NCBI GenBank assembly: GCA_013239625.1
Contig: MU054187.1
Span: forward strand, 13,920,974 to 13,982,973
DNA from: Lama guanicoe
Taxonomy: Eukaryota
DNA length: 62,000 nt
Direction of reading: 5' to 3'
Under the pieces are notes generated by a model. It was not told the origin of the DNA. It made no database searches and worked only from the letters and a program-made list of their open reading frames with translations. How positions within the stretch are numbered: position 1 is the first letter of the stretch; each line of letters begins with the position of its first letter. Positions 13,364 through 26,489 of this stretch are shown here, in pieces. Made by a program: the position numbers and the translations under genes.

Positions 13364-14029
13364 GGATCAAAAGCCAAACAACTTACAACAGCAAAGTGGA
13401 AAAATACATTTCAACAGATCAGATATATTCAGGAAGAGATGACTTCTCCACATACTGTCCTCCCTCTGCAGGGTAAACTTTGTCCATTTGGCCATGATTC
13501 TAATCAGAAAGTTATCATCTCTGAAATCAGATGACCATGAGAAAGATATTATTATTGTTCCTGCTTTCCAAGGGTGACATGGTGGGGAGTGGCGCCCCTA
13601 AGAGAATTATAAGATGGATGGAATTTAAGGGCATTTTCTTAGAGTACAAATCTGTCTTCCTGCATACAGCTTTGTTTGTGGTTAAGAGTTATTCTTACCG
13701 CAAGTAAAAATCTTGGGAAACAGTGATATATGTGTTGTTAGCCCAGTCTATTGACCGGATGGTGTTCGAAATTGGCCCTTTTTACCCCTCATTTACCAGA
13801 TTGATTCATGCTTCTCTCAACCTCTAACCCATTTTCAATCTGGTTCTTTAAATAATATAACCAACCAAAATGCTGGTGTTTGCTTTCAAAGTGGCAGACT
13901 CAACCAACATCAACATGTCCTTGAGTTTACAAACGACTTCATAGAATGCTTTCTCTTCAGTCCACAAGTACAAAGGCTACAAGGGTCAATGGAACCTTTT
14001 ATAAATATTGTCCTTCTCTATAAAATAGT

Positions 14030-14190
14030 CAGGGTGTGGTAGGAAGGGAACTGGGCTGGGGGAGGAAAGATGACCTGGCTCTAGTCCTGGCTCTGACCTT
14101 GGAAAAGCAACAACTTCCTGGGCTTCAATTTCTCCATCTGTAAAATGGTGGAGCTAGACTATGTGAACTCTACGGTTTTACTCCATTTCA
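14030..14190 (+). mobile_element. MIR (MIR3-like)
   Basis: GACCTGGCTCTAGTCCTGGCTCTG...TTTCTCCATCTGTAAAATGG core. Confidence 0.8.
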
Positions 14191-14269
14191 GGTTCCCAGC
14201 TAATGAGAAGTGATGAATGTTTTAATCAAAGGTATAATTGAATGAAATCCTTAGTAGAGAAATGTAAGA

Positions 14270-14555
14270 TGATTTCATTCATTCAGTCAAGTATTTATTG
14301 AAAGCTTTATATGTACACTGTGCCAGGTACAGTGCTCGGGGCATGGTGGTAGCAAGGATAGGTCCCTACATTTATGGAGCATATATTCTAATGGGGAGAC
14401 AGACAATAAAGAAATTAGCAAAATAATTTCAGATTGTTAGAAGTACTCTGAGGGAAATAACCGAGAAATGCAAGCAAGAATAGCAGAAGGAGGCTCATGT
14501 TTATAGAGAGTGGTCCCATGGTCACACTCTCTCTCTCTATCCCTCCCCCTCCACC

Positions 14556-14603
<48 letters not shown>

Positions 14604-14720
14604 TGGATACATTTTAATGGTGACCAGAATGAAGAGTCTGCCACAAAGGAAAAGGAAGAGAGATTTCTGAGAGAGGGTACAGCCCATTGCAAAGACCCCT
14701 AAGGAGGGAAAATATTTAAG
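14270..14720 (-). mobile_element. L2 3' end interrupted by a (CT)n tract
   Basis: TTCATTCATTCAGTCAAGTATTTATTGA...TGTGCCAGGTACAGTGCT...GGGGAGACAGACAATAAA. Confidence 0.85.
14527..14602. repeat. (CT)n / polypyrimidine microsatellite
   Basis: Directly visible. Confidence 0.95.
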
Positions 14721-15360
14721 ATTTTTAACACAACTACCAAACCTAAATATGCACCCACTAACAGCCAGGGGGAAATTGATAGCTGGTTTTGGAAGCTACA
14801 GAGATATGGTTTCACAGCACTCAGACACTGTAGGTTATGTCCTGTATCTCAGAACATGCCTGCTCCCTAAAGAGCTCTTGAGATGAAGTATATGAACCAT
14901 ATACTGTGTGCAAGCCAGCGCAAGCAAGCTGTTTTCTAGGATCCAAGGTTGTTGTGAGAATCATATAATATACTCTTCAGTGAGTGAGCCCTTGCAAACT
15001 TGAGCCGCCCTGCGCGGGTGAGTTATTATTGTGCTTCCTGCTAATAGCGACGTTCCAGGTGGCTTCTGCGAGCACCGTCCACTTCTGGACCTTCAGCTTG
15101 GTCCTGAGGGCAGCTCTGTTCTTCCTGCTCCTGTCGTCCTTTGCACATGTCGGATGAACCTTGCTTGGGATCCTACGTCACAAAGGTGAGGTCTGCCCGT
15201 TACTGGCTCATACAAACAAATTTGTCTTCCACTTACTCACTGAGTCCCATGAAACTGCTCAGCATCACTAATTGGAAAACACCATCTGGATGGCTTCAGG
15301 GAGGGAGAAAGACAGCCACTTCTGTATCATACAAATGTGGGACAAGAATCAATATATGTC

Positions 15361-15509
15361 AGGGAAGAGTATAGCTCAACTGATAGAGCACATGCTTAGC
15401 ATGTATGAGGTCCTGGGTTCAATCCCCAGTATTGCCTCTAAAAATAAATAAATAAAACTAATCACTCCACCCCCCAAAAAAACTAAATCACTCTTAATTT
15501 TTTTAAAAA
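15361..15509 (+). mobile_element. tRNA-Ala-derived SINE, camelid Vic-1 type, with TSD
   Basis: A box TAGCTCAACTGATAG, anticodon arm CATGCTTAGCATG (AGC), B box GGTTCAATCCC, tail AAATAAATAAAACTAATCACTCCACCCCCC; imperfect 17-bp TSD at 15344-15360 and 15510-15526. Confidence 0.9.
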
Positions 15510-16043
15510 AAGAATAAATGTATGTTTCAATTTGGGTCACATATTTCTCCAGGGAATAATACATGGAAGAAAAAACCTAGGTAAAAATGAGCCCAAAGAA
15601 AGTGTTTTTCTAACTCCTCTATTGAATTAGTAATGGACTTTGGGAGAAATAAGAAACCAGAGAGAAGGAAAACAGAAAAGCAAACCCAGTTAGTAAAGCA
15701 GAGTTTCTGTTAAAAAGGCTGAAAAGTTGCTAAAACACCTGCCGTGACAATTTTCCTGATGTTAACCTTGCCAGTAGTTTCAATGCAACTTACACAAGAG
15801 CCAGGAACTTTCATGTGGCCGTGTTTCTTGGTTTGGCCGAATACAGCCTCCCATTTGACCTCTCTAAATCTTACACACTGGGAATCAGTTCTGCTCTGAA
15901 ACATAGTCTTCTAATACAAGCCACATGAATATCATATAATCAAATGAATTCTATCTGCAGTTCTCTACATATCACTGATATATTTCAGGATATATGCTTT
16001 GATCAGAAATATCTAAGTCTATGTAATGATAACTTCATAAAAA

Positions 16044-16313
16044 ATTTTACTGAAGTATGGTGGATTCACAATGTTGTGTTAGTTTCTGGTGTGTAGCACA
16101 GTGATTCAGTTACATATATATATTCTTTTTCATATTTTTCAATATAGGTTATTACAAGCTATTGAATGTAGTTCTCTGTGCTATACCGTAGGACCTTGTT
16201 GTTTATCTATTTTATATATAGTAGTTTGTATCTGCTAATCCCAAACTCCTAATTTATCCCTTCCCCAACCCCTTTCCCCTTTTGTAATCATAGTTTGTTT
16301 TCTCTGTCTGTGA
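16044..16313 (-). mobile_element. 5'-truncated L1 3' UTR, cetartiodactyl type
   Basis: Reverse complement of the L1 end seen at 3797 and 42088 (TTTACTGAAGTATGG...GTTTCTGGTGTGTAGCACAGTGATTCAG). Confidence 0.9.
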
Positions 16314-16769
16314 CATAATATTTTTGACATTTCATAATGTTCATAAATTAAAATTTGTAGATGACAACAAAATGTTTGAACTATCAAATGATCTGTTTCA
16401 TGTCATAGTTTTACAAAACACCTGGTATGGTGCCTGGCATGTTCGTGGGCAACTCAGTGTTTCTTGAATGAAAACTGTTTAAATGGAGTCTTTATATCTA
16501 AGAAGACTCATTGTAACCTGGTCCCCATACTAACCTTGTGATCCAGAATCCATATACTTTGTGAAGTGGAAAAAAGTTTTGGAGGATGTTTGCAGTTAGA
16601 AAATATTAACTACAACGCACTCTTAGTGTCTTTGGGAGAAATTTTTTAATACAATTGAGGATTAGATCACTTAATGGGAAGATAAACAAGGATCCTGCCT
16701 ACTTGGCATACGTCCCCACCCCACCCTCAAGCCAACTCTTCACCTTGGTCACGCCGACTTATCCTCCAG

Positions 16770-17090
16770 ACCCAGAGTCCTGTCCTAAGGAATCCTTCTG
16801 GACCCTAAATCTGCATCAGATCTCCTTTTATACACTCATAGCCCCAAGTACGATGGCCTCAAAGTACTAACCTCGGTGAGGATCCTACTCAGAACCTCAC
16901 AAATGTGAGGCTTCTTTAATTGCTCACACATCTATAATTTTACATCTGTTTAGTTCATTACTTGATTAATGCCTATTTTCCACAGTAGACTATAAGGTCC
17001 TTGAGGACAGGATCATGAAAAAAGATTGCTTGCTGTTCTAGCATGGTGCCTGGCCCAAACTGAGTGCTCAATAAATATTTGTTGAGCAAA
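16770..17090 (+). mobile_element. L2 3' end
   Basis: TAGACTATAAGGTCCTTGAGGACAGG...GTGCCTGGCCC...GTGCTCAATAAATATTTGTTGA. Confidence 0.85.
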
Positions 17091-17940
17091 CATTGTATGA
17101 AGTGGTTTTGCATCCAAGACCTGCATGGCTCGTTAGTCATTTTAAGCCATCAGAAAAGCAGCCTTTAAATCTAGTCAATTATGATCCAGTATTTTCATCT
17201 AAATGCTCTTCTCTGCGTGATGTTGTTGGGATGACACTGTTCCATGTTGAGATGAGGTCCACACATCAAAAAATCTTCTCTTTTCCAAGACAAACACTTT
17301 AACCAATATCCCTAACCAATTTCTCCTCTAATATATGAAAATTAGTTGTCCTTCATCCTCTCAATCTTATTTTCACCCAAAGGTATATGTGACCTTTACA
17401 AATTATAATTAAATTAACATTAAAATGAACAGAAAAAGAGAAAATTGACCTTGGAGTAGTTACAGCTCCTCTCCCGGGCAAACTCCCATTACTCTGGAGA
17501 ACGGAAAGGAAAATTGGTAGATTAGCTCTGGGACATTGGTCTCAGAGATAAAGTAAGACTCCTTTCCATTTTATTAGAGAAATACTTTTTTCAAAATGAA
17601 TTCATAGTGCTAATATTGACCCTAAATATGTCTTCTATCACTTCCCTGAAATGGGTAATTCATATACAAGAATGCCTCTTCCTAAGGAATCTGGAAAGAT
17701 CCGAAATGCTCCAGATTCTCCAAGATATTTGGTGCTTACCAGTGGCTGACATCAGACCTTCCACCTTAAAATTTACAAACAGATGCCATTCTTAAATTGT
17801 AATCTTTTTTCTTTTCAAAGAAATAAAGAAATACCAGTATAGGAAGGTGTTTTTTCAGTTATCTATCACCACAATAATGCTGCATAATGAATAATCACAG
17901 TACATTGGTGGCCTATTATAAGAAACTTTTTTTTTTGCGC

Positions 17941-17959
17941 ACACACACACACACACACA
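17941..17959. repeat. (AC)9 microsatellite, preceded by a possible MLT1-like LTR start at about 17855-17930
   Basis: Repeat directly visible; upstream CAGTTATCTATCACCACAATAATGCTGCATAA resembles MaLR LTR termini. Confidence 0.8.
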
Positions 17960-19369
17960 GCAAGCAGTAAAGAAGTAATTGCCTGATGCCTTTTCCAGGG
18001 GTATAAGCCTTTGTTTCTTAATATTTTTCTTTGTATTTCTTTATTGTCAGTCTTATCTTAGTATCCATTACTCTAATGGCAATTACCTGACTCTTTTAGT
18101 TATTGTCAGTGGAACCAGAACACTAAAATCCCATTGGCTAAATATCTCTCTCATCTTAACTCCCACTTGGATGATTTTTACCTGTAGAGTCAAGCTGCCC
18201 CCTAGCCTAGAGTCCAGGGAGATGTGAGGTGGATACATCACCTGAGATACCATGGGGGAGAAAGAATATCTTGGGGAGCTGCCAGTCAGAAATCAGAAAA
18301 CATTATCCAAACACTGAAGAAATTTAGCAGAGAGGATTCAGCACCAAGGAGACTGAGGTGAGAAAACAGGTGAGACAGAGAAAGCTGAAGGTTTAGCAAC
18401 AGGATGCCCATATAATTTCTCATCCATTGTATTCTGAGAATGGTAGGAGTAGGAGGCTCTATAAATAATTATATCACAACAAGAGTCAAAACCTGGACAG
18501 TCCCTGACCAGGAAACGTGGTCGCCATCAGAGGGAGAGGAATCCAAAGCAACCCTGAAGATTCCACTGTGGTAGACTCTGTCCTTTGTCCATATGTCCAT
18601 TGCTGAGCAACTCCTCTCTGATGGACATGTCACTTCCTTCTTTTGTTTAAGCAAAGAAATACCTTCAATCAGGTCAAGTCTTATCTTAGTATCACCCAGT
18701 GTCTTTAAGGTGACACACCTGGGTATCCCTGATGGGACCAGTTGTGTGTTAATTTTATAGTATAACTATTAGAGGGGAACAGACATGTCCTTTATTCCCA
18801 AGTTTTTGAAGAATATTCTCCAATACAATCACTCCCAAATTTTTTCTGCATTTATTAGAAGGATATACATTTTTTCTTAAAAAAGGATACTATTTTTCAA
18901 AGTTTTGAAACCTCACATTAAGCAACTTTGGTGCTTGGAAGAGGGAAAGCATGGGTTGCCCCCTTAAACATCCCAATCTAAAGCCCACATTTCTCTGGGT
19001 GGACATTCTTAAGTATTTAAAATATGATAGAATCTGTCAGAAAGGCAAGATATCAGCTGTGTAACTTGCGATACATAAATTATGACCCAGTTGGTTGTAT
19101 AACTGTCATAATTGTCAAGCTAGAGCGTAAAAGCAAAGAGAAATGATGAGCATCATCATCTCAGGAAAAGAAACCTGTCCAAACTGTATTTATGTCACCT
19201 ATTATCCTGTCTTCTCAACCATTTCTTTTTCAACTGATGTCTTACTTAAAGAAAGAAGCTTCAGTTATCTGGAACAAGTATAGAAAATGCCAGAGAAGGA
19301 AACAATTTCCATCTGTTTTCTTTTCTGTGTTTAGTTTAGTTGTTTTTTATTTTTTTAACCTTCCTGATT

Positions 19370-20862
19370 ATAAGTCAGAATTTAAATTGGCTTCCTCTAT
19401 TCCAAGGTTATAAAGGTATTTTGTCCTTTTCTTCTAGACCTTTTATGGTTTCATTTATTTTTGACACAAATCTTTGGCCTATCTGGAATTTATCCTATAA
19501 TGACAAGTGGATCCAGCTCTCCTTTTCCATATGGCTAATGCCTTATCCCAGAGATGCTACATTTATCATATATAAAGACCTGTAAGAGATGGGGTCTTTT
19601 TTTTTTTTTTCCGATCTTCTTCATCTGGTCTATCTATCTAGTCATGTGCTTGCACCACATTGATTTAATTATGAAGGCTTTATAGTGTGTTTTAACATCT
19701 GGTAGGGCTAGTCCCATTTTATCTCTCTTCTTTCTCAGAATTTTCCTGCTCTCTTTGTTTATTTATTTTTCCCTATAGACTTTAGAATCAGCTAGTTTAG
19801 TTTCTTTGAGCTCATTGATATTTTTATTAGGATTATGTTAACTTCATAAATTCCATTAGGGAGAATGACAGCTCTCTATCGCCACATTTTCTGCTCCCAA
19901 GAGTATGAGATGTTTTTGTCTATTAGGCCTTATTTTGTGTTGTTCAGGAATATCTTAACGTTTTCATATAACTTTCCACATTGCTCATTAACTTTTATCC
20001 TTGGGAGTACTATTCTAAGTGGGGTCTTTTATTATATCTTCTAACTTGTATTTAGATATAAAGACTGTTGATTTCTATTAATTAGTGTTAAAGCTTACTG
20101 AATTTTCTCATTGTTTGTATGCTTTTTCTGTGGATTCTCTTAGCTTTTCAAGGTAAAAATTCTTATCTAAATATAGGAATAGATTTTTCTCCTCCTTTCC
20201 AGTTTTTTTACTTCCAATGTCTTTTTCTTGTCTAATTTTGTTAAATAATAGTAGTAACAGGGAGTTACTGTTAAGTAACTGATAAGGAGTATCCTTATTT
20301 CATTCTGTAACATTAGCAGGACTGCTGTTTATGTTTCTCCATTGAATTTGATGCCAGTTTTTGGCAGAGATGGATGATGGGTAGCTGGACGGATAAAGAT
20401 ATAGAGACACATTTATTATGTCAAGGAAGTAGCTATTAATTCTTTCTTTAGTTAAGGTTTTTAATTAAAAAAAAGTTCCTGGACTTAAACAAGTACCTTT
20501 CGGGCCTATAGAGATGATCATATTTTCCTTAAGTCTATAAATATGATAAATTATATTAATAAATTCCCTAATACCAATCTTTGTATTTTTAGAATAACCT
20601 CTACCTGGTCATGAAGTTTAATTATTTGAGTGTGTTGCCAGATTCTGATTGCTACTACGTGACAGAGGATTTTTGCATTTATATGCTTAAGTTTTATTGA
20701 GCTTCAGTTTTCCTTTCTGTACAGTACTTGTCAGATTTTGGTATCCATGTTGTGCAGACATCATATAAAGAATTTGGAAGGGTTCTTTATTTTTCTATGT
20801 CTTGGAGAAGTAGAAGAGGCATGGGAACGAGATGATCTTTAATAATATGGTAAAATTCCCAG
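19370..20862 (-). mobile_element. Old L1 (L1ME/L1MC-like) ORF2 region
   Basis: T-rich antisense L1 landmarks: CTTTATAGTGTGTTTTAACATCTGGTAGGGCTAGTCCC, ACTTTAGAATCAGCT, CAGATTTTGGTATC...TCATATAAAGAATTTGGAAG. Confidence 0.85.
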
Positions 20863-20879
20863 CTGGCTTGACTGATCGC

Positions 20880-21070
20880 CTGCTTGTCATCAAGCACTGT
20901 GTTTGGTCCCTGGAGGTAAGAGGTGAATGAAAGATGGTCCCAGCCTTCAAGGAACTCGTGATTTAATAGATGTTATAAACATATCAATAACATATTACAA
21001 AATTGTATTACAAGTTTCTATAATGAAAGCATAGAGAATGGTTTCTTCAAGGAAACAATGAACTGTGCTC
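20880..21070 (-). mobile_element. L2 fragment
   Basis: CAAGCACTGTG...GATGGTCCCAGCCTTCAAGGAACTC. Confidence 0.6.
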
Positions 21071-21467
21071 AGTCAGTGATGACATGACTCATGTGAAACA
21101 CAAGGAGAAACCTAACCAGTGTGATTCTAGAAGCCCTAACCCCCTAAACCTGCTTTCAGCTGCTGAAGTGGCTCTAAAAGGTGACTAAAACTTTTTATTT
21201 CATATTATTTCACATTGTACATCTTAAAATGCAGCTGCCCTGGGACAGGTGGGACACCCTTTTAGTTTACACTCAGAGGGGAATGACTGATGGACATGTG
21301 TTGCTCATGGTAATTGTCAATTTACTCATTCGTCTGAGTTTCTACCCATGATGCAGTCAGTGAGTGGATTAGCTTGTTTCTTCACCGTTGTCTTTCTGCC
21401 TCTCTCAGGCTCATTCTCTTACTCTCACCCTTACTCTCTCTCTTTCCCATTCTTTCACTCTCCTTGT

Positions 21468-22050
21468 CAATTTAATTGGAGAATTATACAGAAAAGTACA
21501 CACACAGAAAAAAAGTAGAAAACTTGATTAATTTTCACAAATTAAACACACTGCTGTAGCCCACAACCGCCCTCCAGTGAGTGCTCTCCTGACTGCCTGT
21601 TTTTGAACCTGATGTAAATAAAATCATATAGCGTGTGTTTTTTGCGGTTCTGGTTTCTCTGGTTCAGTATTGTTTGTGAAATTCAGCCATGCTGATGCAT
21701 GTTAACTCCGTTCTCGCTGCAGTGCAGTATTGCATTGTATGAATACACCACAGTGTACTTGTCTGTTCTTATAAGGATAGTTCTCAGTTTGGACTATGAT
21801 GAAGTGTCATACTGCTGTAGGCATTCTTGCCCATGATGTTGCATTATCCTCCTGTTGGGTATGTACCTAGGAGTGGAATTACTAGATGGTAGGATAGGCA
21901 TGTGGTCACCTTTTACAGGCACTGCCAAACGGTTTTCCAAAGTGGTTCTGCTCATTTTCTCTCCCTCCAGCAGTGTACAGAGTTCTATTCCTTCTACAGC
22001 TTCAGCAATACTTTCTAATTCCTGTCTTTATTGTTTTAGCCTTTCTGTGC
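21468..22050 (-). mobile_element. Old L1 (L1ME/L1MD-like) 3' region
   Basis: GGGTATGTACCTAGGAGTGGAATTACTAG...ACTGCCAAACGGTTTTCCAAAGTGGTT. Confidence 0.85.
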
Positions 22051-22939
22051 AAGCTACACATGAAAGTTAGTTTCAGTACTTAGTAAACGTTTGCCTAATT
22101 TTGATTAAAGAACTCATTTTTTAAGATAAATAAACAAAAGGAACAGAAAGTTTTTAAGTAACCAAAGATTTCATTCATTCGGAGGATAACATCATCCCAC
22201 TGAGACCAGTTTTCATTTAAATCAACACTGAGCAAATTCCTATCATTAGGACGATGCACTTTTTAGGTTTAATTGTAATGTTGCTACTTTAGCCTATACG
22301 CTATAGTTCTAATACATGACGTCTCCAAATATGTGGAATAATAATTGTTTCACATAAATAATGCAAGATAATGAGCCAAAGAATAGTTTGTGAATTACAG
22401 AGAAAACAGTGGGTTGAACTGTAGTAATTATTGAAAATTAAAGAAGTCAATCAGAAGATCAATAATAGAGAAAGAGGAATTAAGCAGAGCAGAGAAAGGG
22501 GACATAGCTTCTATTGAGGTTGGAGAATTCCCTGTCAACTGGTAGGTTAAAGGTCATGAAGAGGGAGTTGCAAAAAATGCGCACTTTGAATTGTAGGAAG
22601 TCTGCTCCACCATGATTCTGGGCTCTTTTACAAAATCTCCCCAGGGAAGAGTGACAGTCAACTCTAGCCATTAAAGCAAATGCTGAATGCATCCTCTTTT
22701 TATACTTGGAAAGGAAAAAAATGGAAATGAAAGAGACAGAAGCAGAGGAGTTAGAATGTTCTGAAATGGTTTCTAATGGATATTTTAATTTTTTAGTGCA
22801 AACTAGCCCCAGAATGTATTCAGACTTACGGACTAAAAAGATAGGAATATCCCGTTTTATCTTGTCCTATTAATTCTTAAAGATAAAGCATTAGATATAA
22901 TGTAACAACATGTACTTTCTCCTTTAGTAGCGCTTATCG

Positions 22940-23075
22940 GTGTTCTGCTTGCTTGTCTTTATCCCTCGTAGACTGTGCATCAGAGAAAGCAGGGACCTTT
23001 GACCGTTGTCTCCCATTGCTTAGCACCTGAGCCGCTCAGTAAATACTGGTTGAACACATGACTGCATGAACAAAC
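22940..23075 (+). mobile_element. L2 3' tail
   Basis: TAGACTGTG...GCAGGGACC...CTCAGTAAATACTGGTTGAA. Confidence 0.65.
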
Positions 23076-23270
23076 AAATAAGGACCGAGTCTAGGTTAAC
23101 ACTTTTCCTTTGTCTTTTATTGACTAATCTCCAAATCTTATCTTTCATACCTGGTATAAAAGGGGGAGGTGTGAAGATCTGGTCCCATCATCCTAAATTT
23201 CTTGTGCAAAAAGGAAAATTTTGCATGAAGGATTCCACGGGACAGGAGAGAGAATGAGAAGGCCAAGTCT

Positions 23271-23378
23271 ATATGAAAATGAATATATGTATGTATGTAT
23301 GTGCATGACTGGGATGTTGTGCTGTACACCAGAAATTGACACACTGTAATTGACTGTACTTCAATTAAAATAAATAAA
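23271..23378 (+). mobile_element. ~108-bp 5'-truncated young L1 with TSD
   Basis: GCTGTACACCAGAAATTGACACACTGTAATTGACTGTACTTCAATTAAAA; TSD AGAAGGCCAA(G/C)TCT at 23257-23270 and 23379-23392. Confidence 0.9.
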
Positions 23379-26004
23379 AGAAGGCCAACTCTGTCCTTGA
23401 GGAAGGTCAGGAGAGGGCAGGAAGGATTTCCTAAAACCCTGAGAGTAAACCCCCAAATTAAAGCCTTAATATTTAAAGTTTGTGAGAATTAAACGAGATT
23501 ATGGAGAAAACAACATAATATAAAAGGGAAAATATTTGAATACAGTTTACTTTGAATTAACTGTAAAAGACAATAATGAAAGAAAATAGAAAATAAGAAA
23601 GACAAAGTTATAATTTAGTGACTCAAAGCTATATCACTGTAAGGAGGACAAATTTTAGGATATTTTATAAAGAGGAAAAAACTTATCATCAGCAATGCTT
23701 GAGACCAAGGAGAGAAGCTGGAATAAGACGGATCCTTCTAAAATGAAAATAGATTTCCTTCAAGAGGGAAGATTGGACAGATTTCTGCAAAATGTGATGA
23801 ATAGTAATGCTCATCACTGTGAGAAGTTAGTGAAGATAAGCTTCTTGGATTTAAGCTAGATCCCTGAACCCGGGTCCTTTGCAAATTGCACAGCTGCCAA
23901 TGCATCAGCCGGGTTTTATTTTAACAACATTTACAATTTCCCTTTCAGTTGAAGCAAGGCTGAGGGACCATCTGAACAGATAATGAAATAACTGTGAAAG
24001 TTCAGAGCATGCTGAACAAAACAAAATATGTTTTGCCTGATTTATGCAAACTAAACATATTGTCAAGGTTTTGAAGCAGTTAGTCCAAAATATGCACAAA
24101 ATACAGCGTTTTCTCAAGTAGCCTGGCAGCAGATGAATTAAATGGAAATGTGCCCCTGAAACAGCTTAATCAGATTGTATAGATGTGCTGAACATTCCGA
24201 TAGTTTTGTGATAATGCATTCATGAATAATGTCTTTTCCTTAATGAAGACCCTACCAAGTTCACCCTAAAACCACAACTCTTGCCCCTTATTAATGGAGT
24301 TCTTCCATTACAGATTCTAAGAGCATCTTTATTTTTGGAACCTCTGCTAAAGAGGAAGTGAAATTAAAGTCGATGCTTGCTCCTTTCCCTAGGGAAAACA
24401 AACCAGATCGACGCGGGGGCCTCTGTCACTGTTGCTGTCACACAGAGAAGGTCCAGGACTTTGTATGTCTGAGGAGGGCTTTTCTATCCCCAGCCATGGC
24501 TGCAGTGAAGAGGTCGACGGATTCTGCAAATACCCAAAGTTAGAGAATTCTGAAACTCAACTGTCGTAACTCCTAGTGTGTTCGATCCTGAAGGAGGACA
24601 CATCCAGTAGAAAAATAATCTTCTGAGGAGAAAGAAAAACACTGTCCCTGATGAAGACTTCAAAGGATTTTGAATGAATGAAAGAGTTTCCACTTATGAC
24701 GGAAACTGTCAGTGGTTTTATATTTCTGGAGGAGCAAATTGTGATTCACAGGGCAAAATCTTGGTGAGGGCTGTGGCAAGTGGTGCTTGAAATAGCCTTG
24801 TCCTCTTCTCCTCGCCCAGAGCTCCTCCTCACCAAGCAGGTTCACTCAGGGCCTAGCCTGTAGAAAGTACAGAACAGGCAATGGCTTCTACAACTGATAT
24901 CTTAAAAAGACATGGTGGAACATCCCAAATATGCATTGATTTTTCTATAATATCTTTGGAGGAAGCAGAGTAATCAAACTCTTGACTCAGTGGTATCTCA
25001 GATTTTGGTGGGAGGAGTTTCTGCTCTTGTGAAAACCCAAAGGTCATCATTTTTTGACATCCTTGATGGTGACTGATAAGATGTCTACATCCTTTGCTTT
25101 TCACCTTCCCTCATTGGACTCTGCCGTAGTCAGTCTCCATCTACTGCATTAACATTTCCTACAGCAACTTTCCCAACAAAAACCCAAGGAATTATTTCTC
25201 TTGGACCTAATGGGTGACTTACCAAACCTTCTCCCCCCTTGCCAGCCTTCCTGCTGGATTTATTATTAGCAACAACACCAGTTAATTTTACTGAGAGTTC
25301 CTCACTGACTGAGAAGTGAAGACATTAGGATGCCTTACAATTCTCTCCTTACAGAAATCTGTCCATTTTCTCATTGCAGTGCTGCTGGACATTTTTTTTT
25401 GGCACATTCTCGATTATGTTTTTAAATCTAATTTAGTAAAAAAAAAATCATACATTGTATTAAATTTTGTGCCAATACAATGTTTCATAAACATCTTCAT
25501 GGATGTCTCCTCTGTCATCAGACAGGAAATTTGAGTTGGGGGAGTTGGGGAGGAAGGACTAACAATATTGTTACTTCACAAATGAAGAAATGTGTGGGAG
25601 GAGGGATTTGATACACAGCATTACCCAATAGAGTTAATGACCCATAATTTAATGCCAGGTTCATACGCTTTAAATTTCATTCTTAAAATGTGCTGCCATT
25701 CTAACTCAAAGTGGGAAAAATTCTTGCAACCACTTTATTTGTAGGCAAAGGAAATGTATTATTCTCTAACAAAAAAGAAAAAAAAATTTAATATCCTGGC
25801 CTACCACCCTAGTATGGAATGAAAATATTATATAATTTCTCTAGTGATATCAAAACTTTTTTTCTGACAGTCAAATAACTTGCTAAATTTAAATCTATTG
25901 CTCTTAATAAGATGCATCAAGATGCTTACCAAGTCCGATTCTCTTTGTACCTTAGGAGAGATTTTGGTTTGGAATAATTATACAATGGGCAGGAAATAAA
26001 ACCA

Positions 26005-26160
26005 ATGTGATCCTAGTTCTACTCTTGACTTGCTCTGTGACTTTGAAAATGTCACTGTAACGTCCTGGGGCTCACCTGGGAAATGCACAGTCATACCTCC
26101 TTCACACATCGCTATTTTAAGGACAAAGTAATATGAACTAACGTAGTGCCTGGCCAGGTG
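26005..26160 (+). mobile_element. MIR fragment
   Basis: CTTGCTCTGTGACTTTGAAAATGTCACT...TAGTGCCTGGC. Confidence 0.55.
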
Positions 26161-26489
26161 GGTGGGAAAATCTTTTAGGTAATAATAAAGTAAGTTGTTA
26201 AATTAATTGATATTGAGTAAATATATCTTATGATGATTTTTTTTAAAGCTTTACTTTCTAAGTCTTAGGCTAATCTTCAGGCTGTCCATTTCCCTTCAGT
26301 AATCTCGTAAGAAATTCTTCCTCTTCTTTCCCTACGGTGTACCAAGAGGCACTGTGTTCGTTCAGTGACTTCTCTCTCTCTCCTCACATTTAATTAATTA
26401 CTAAATCTTCCCCGTCCTTTTATTCACGGCTCCTCTCCTTTCTATCTTCTCTTCCAGTGTAGACCCTCCCAAACTCTCACCTAAATGAC

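Noticed and set aside
13328..13534. ORF with poly-Leu resembling a signal peptide
   Set aside because: Produced by the (TTA)n tail of a MIR
14415..14687. ORF with RE repeats
   Set aside because: Translation of a (CT)n microsatellite inside L2
15361..15435. tRNA-Ala gene (also 49081 and 54986)
   Set aside because: Mismatched stems, A-rich SINE tails and a TSD at this copy indicate SINEs, not functional tRNAs
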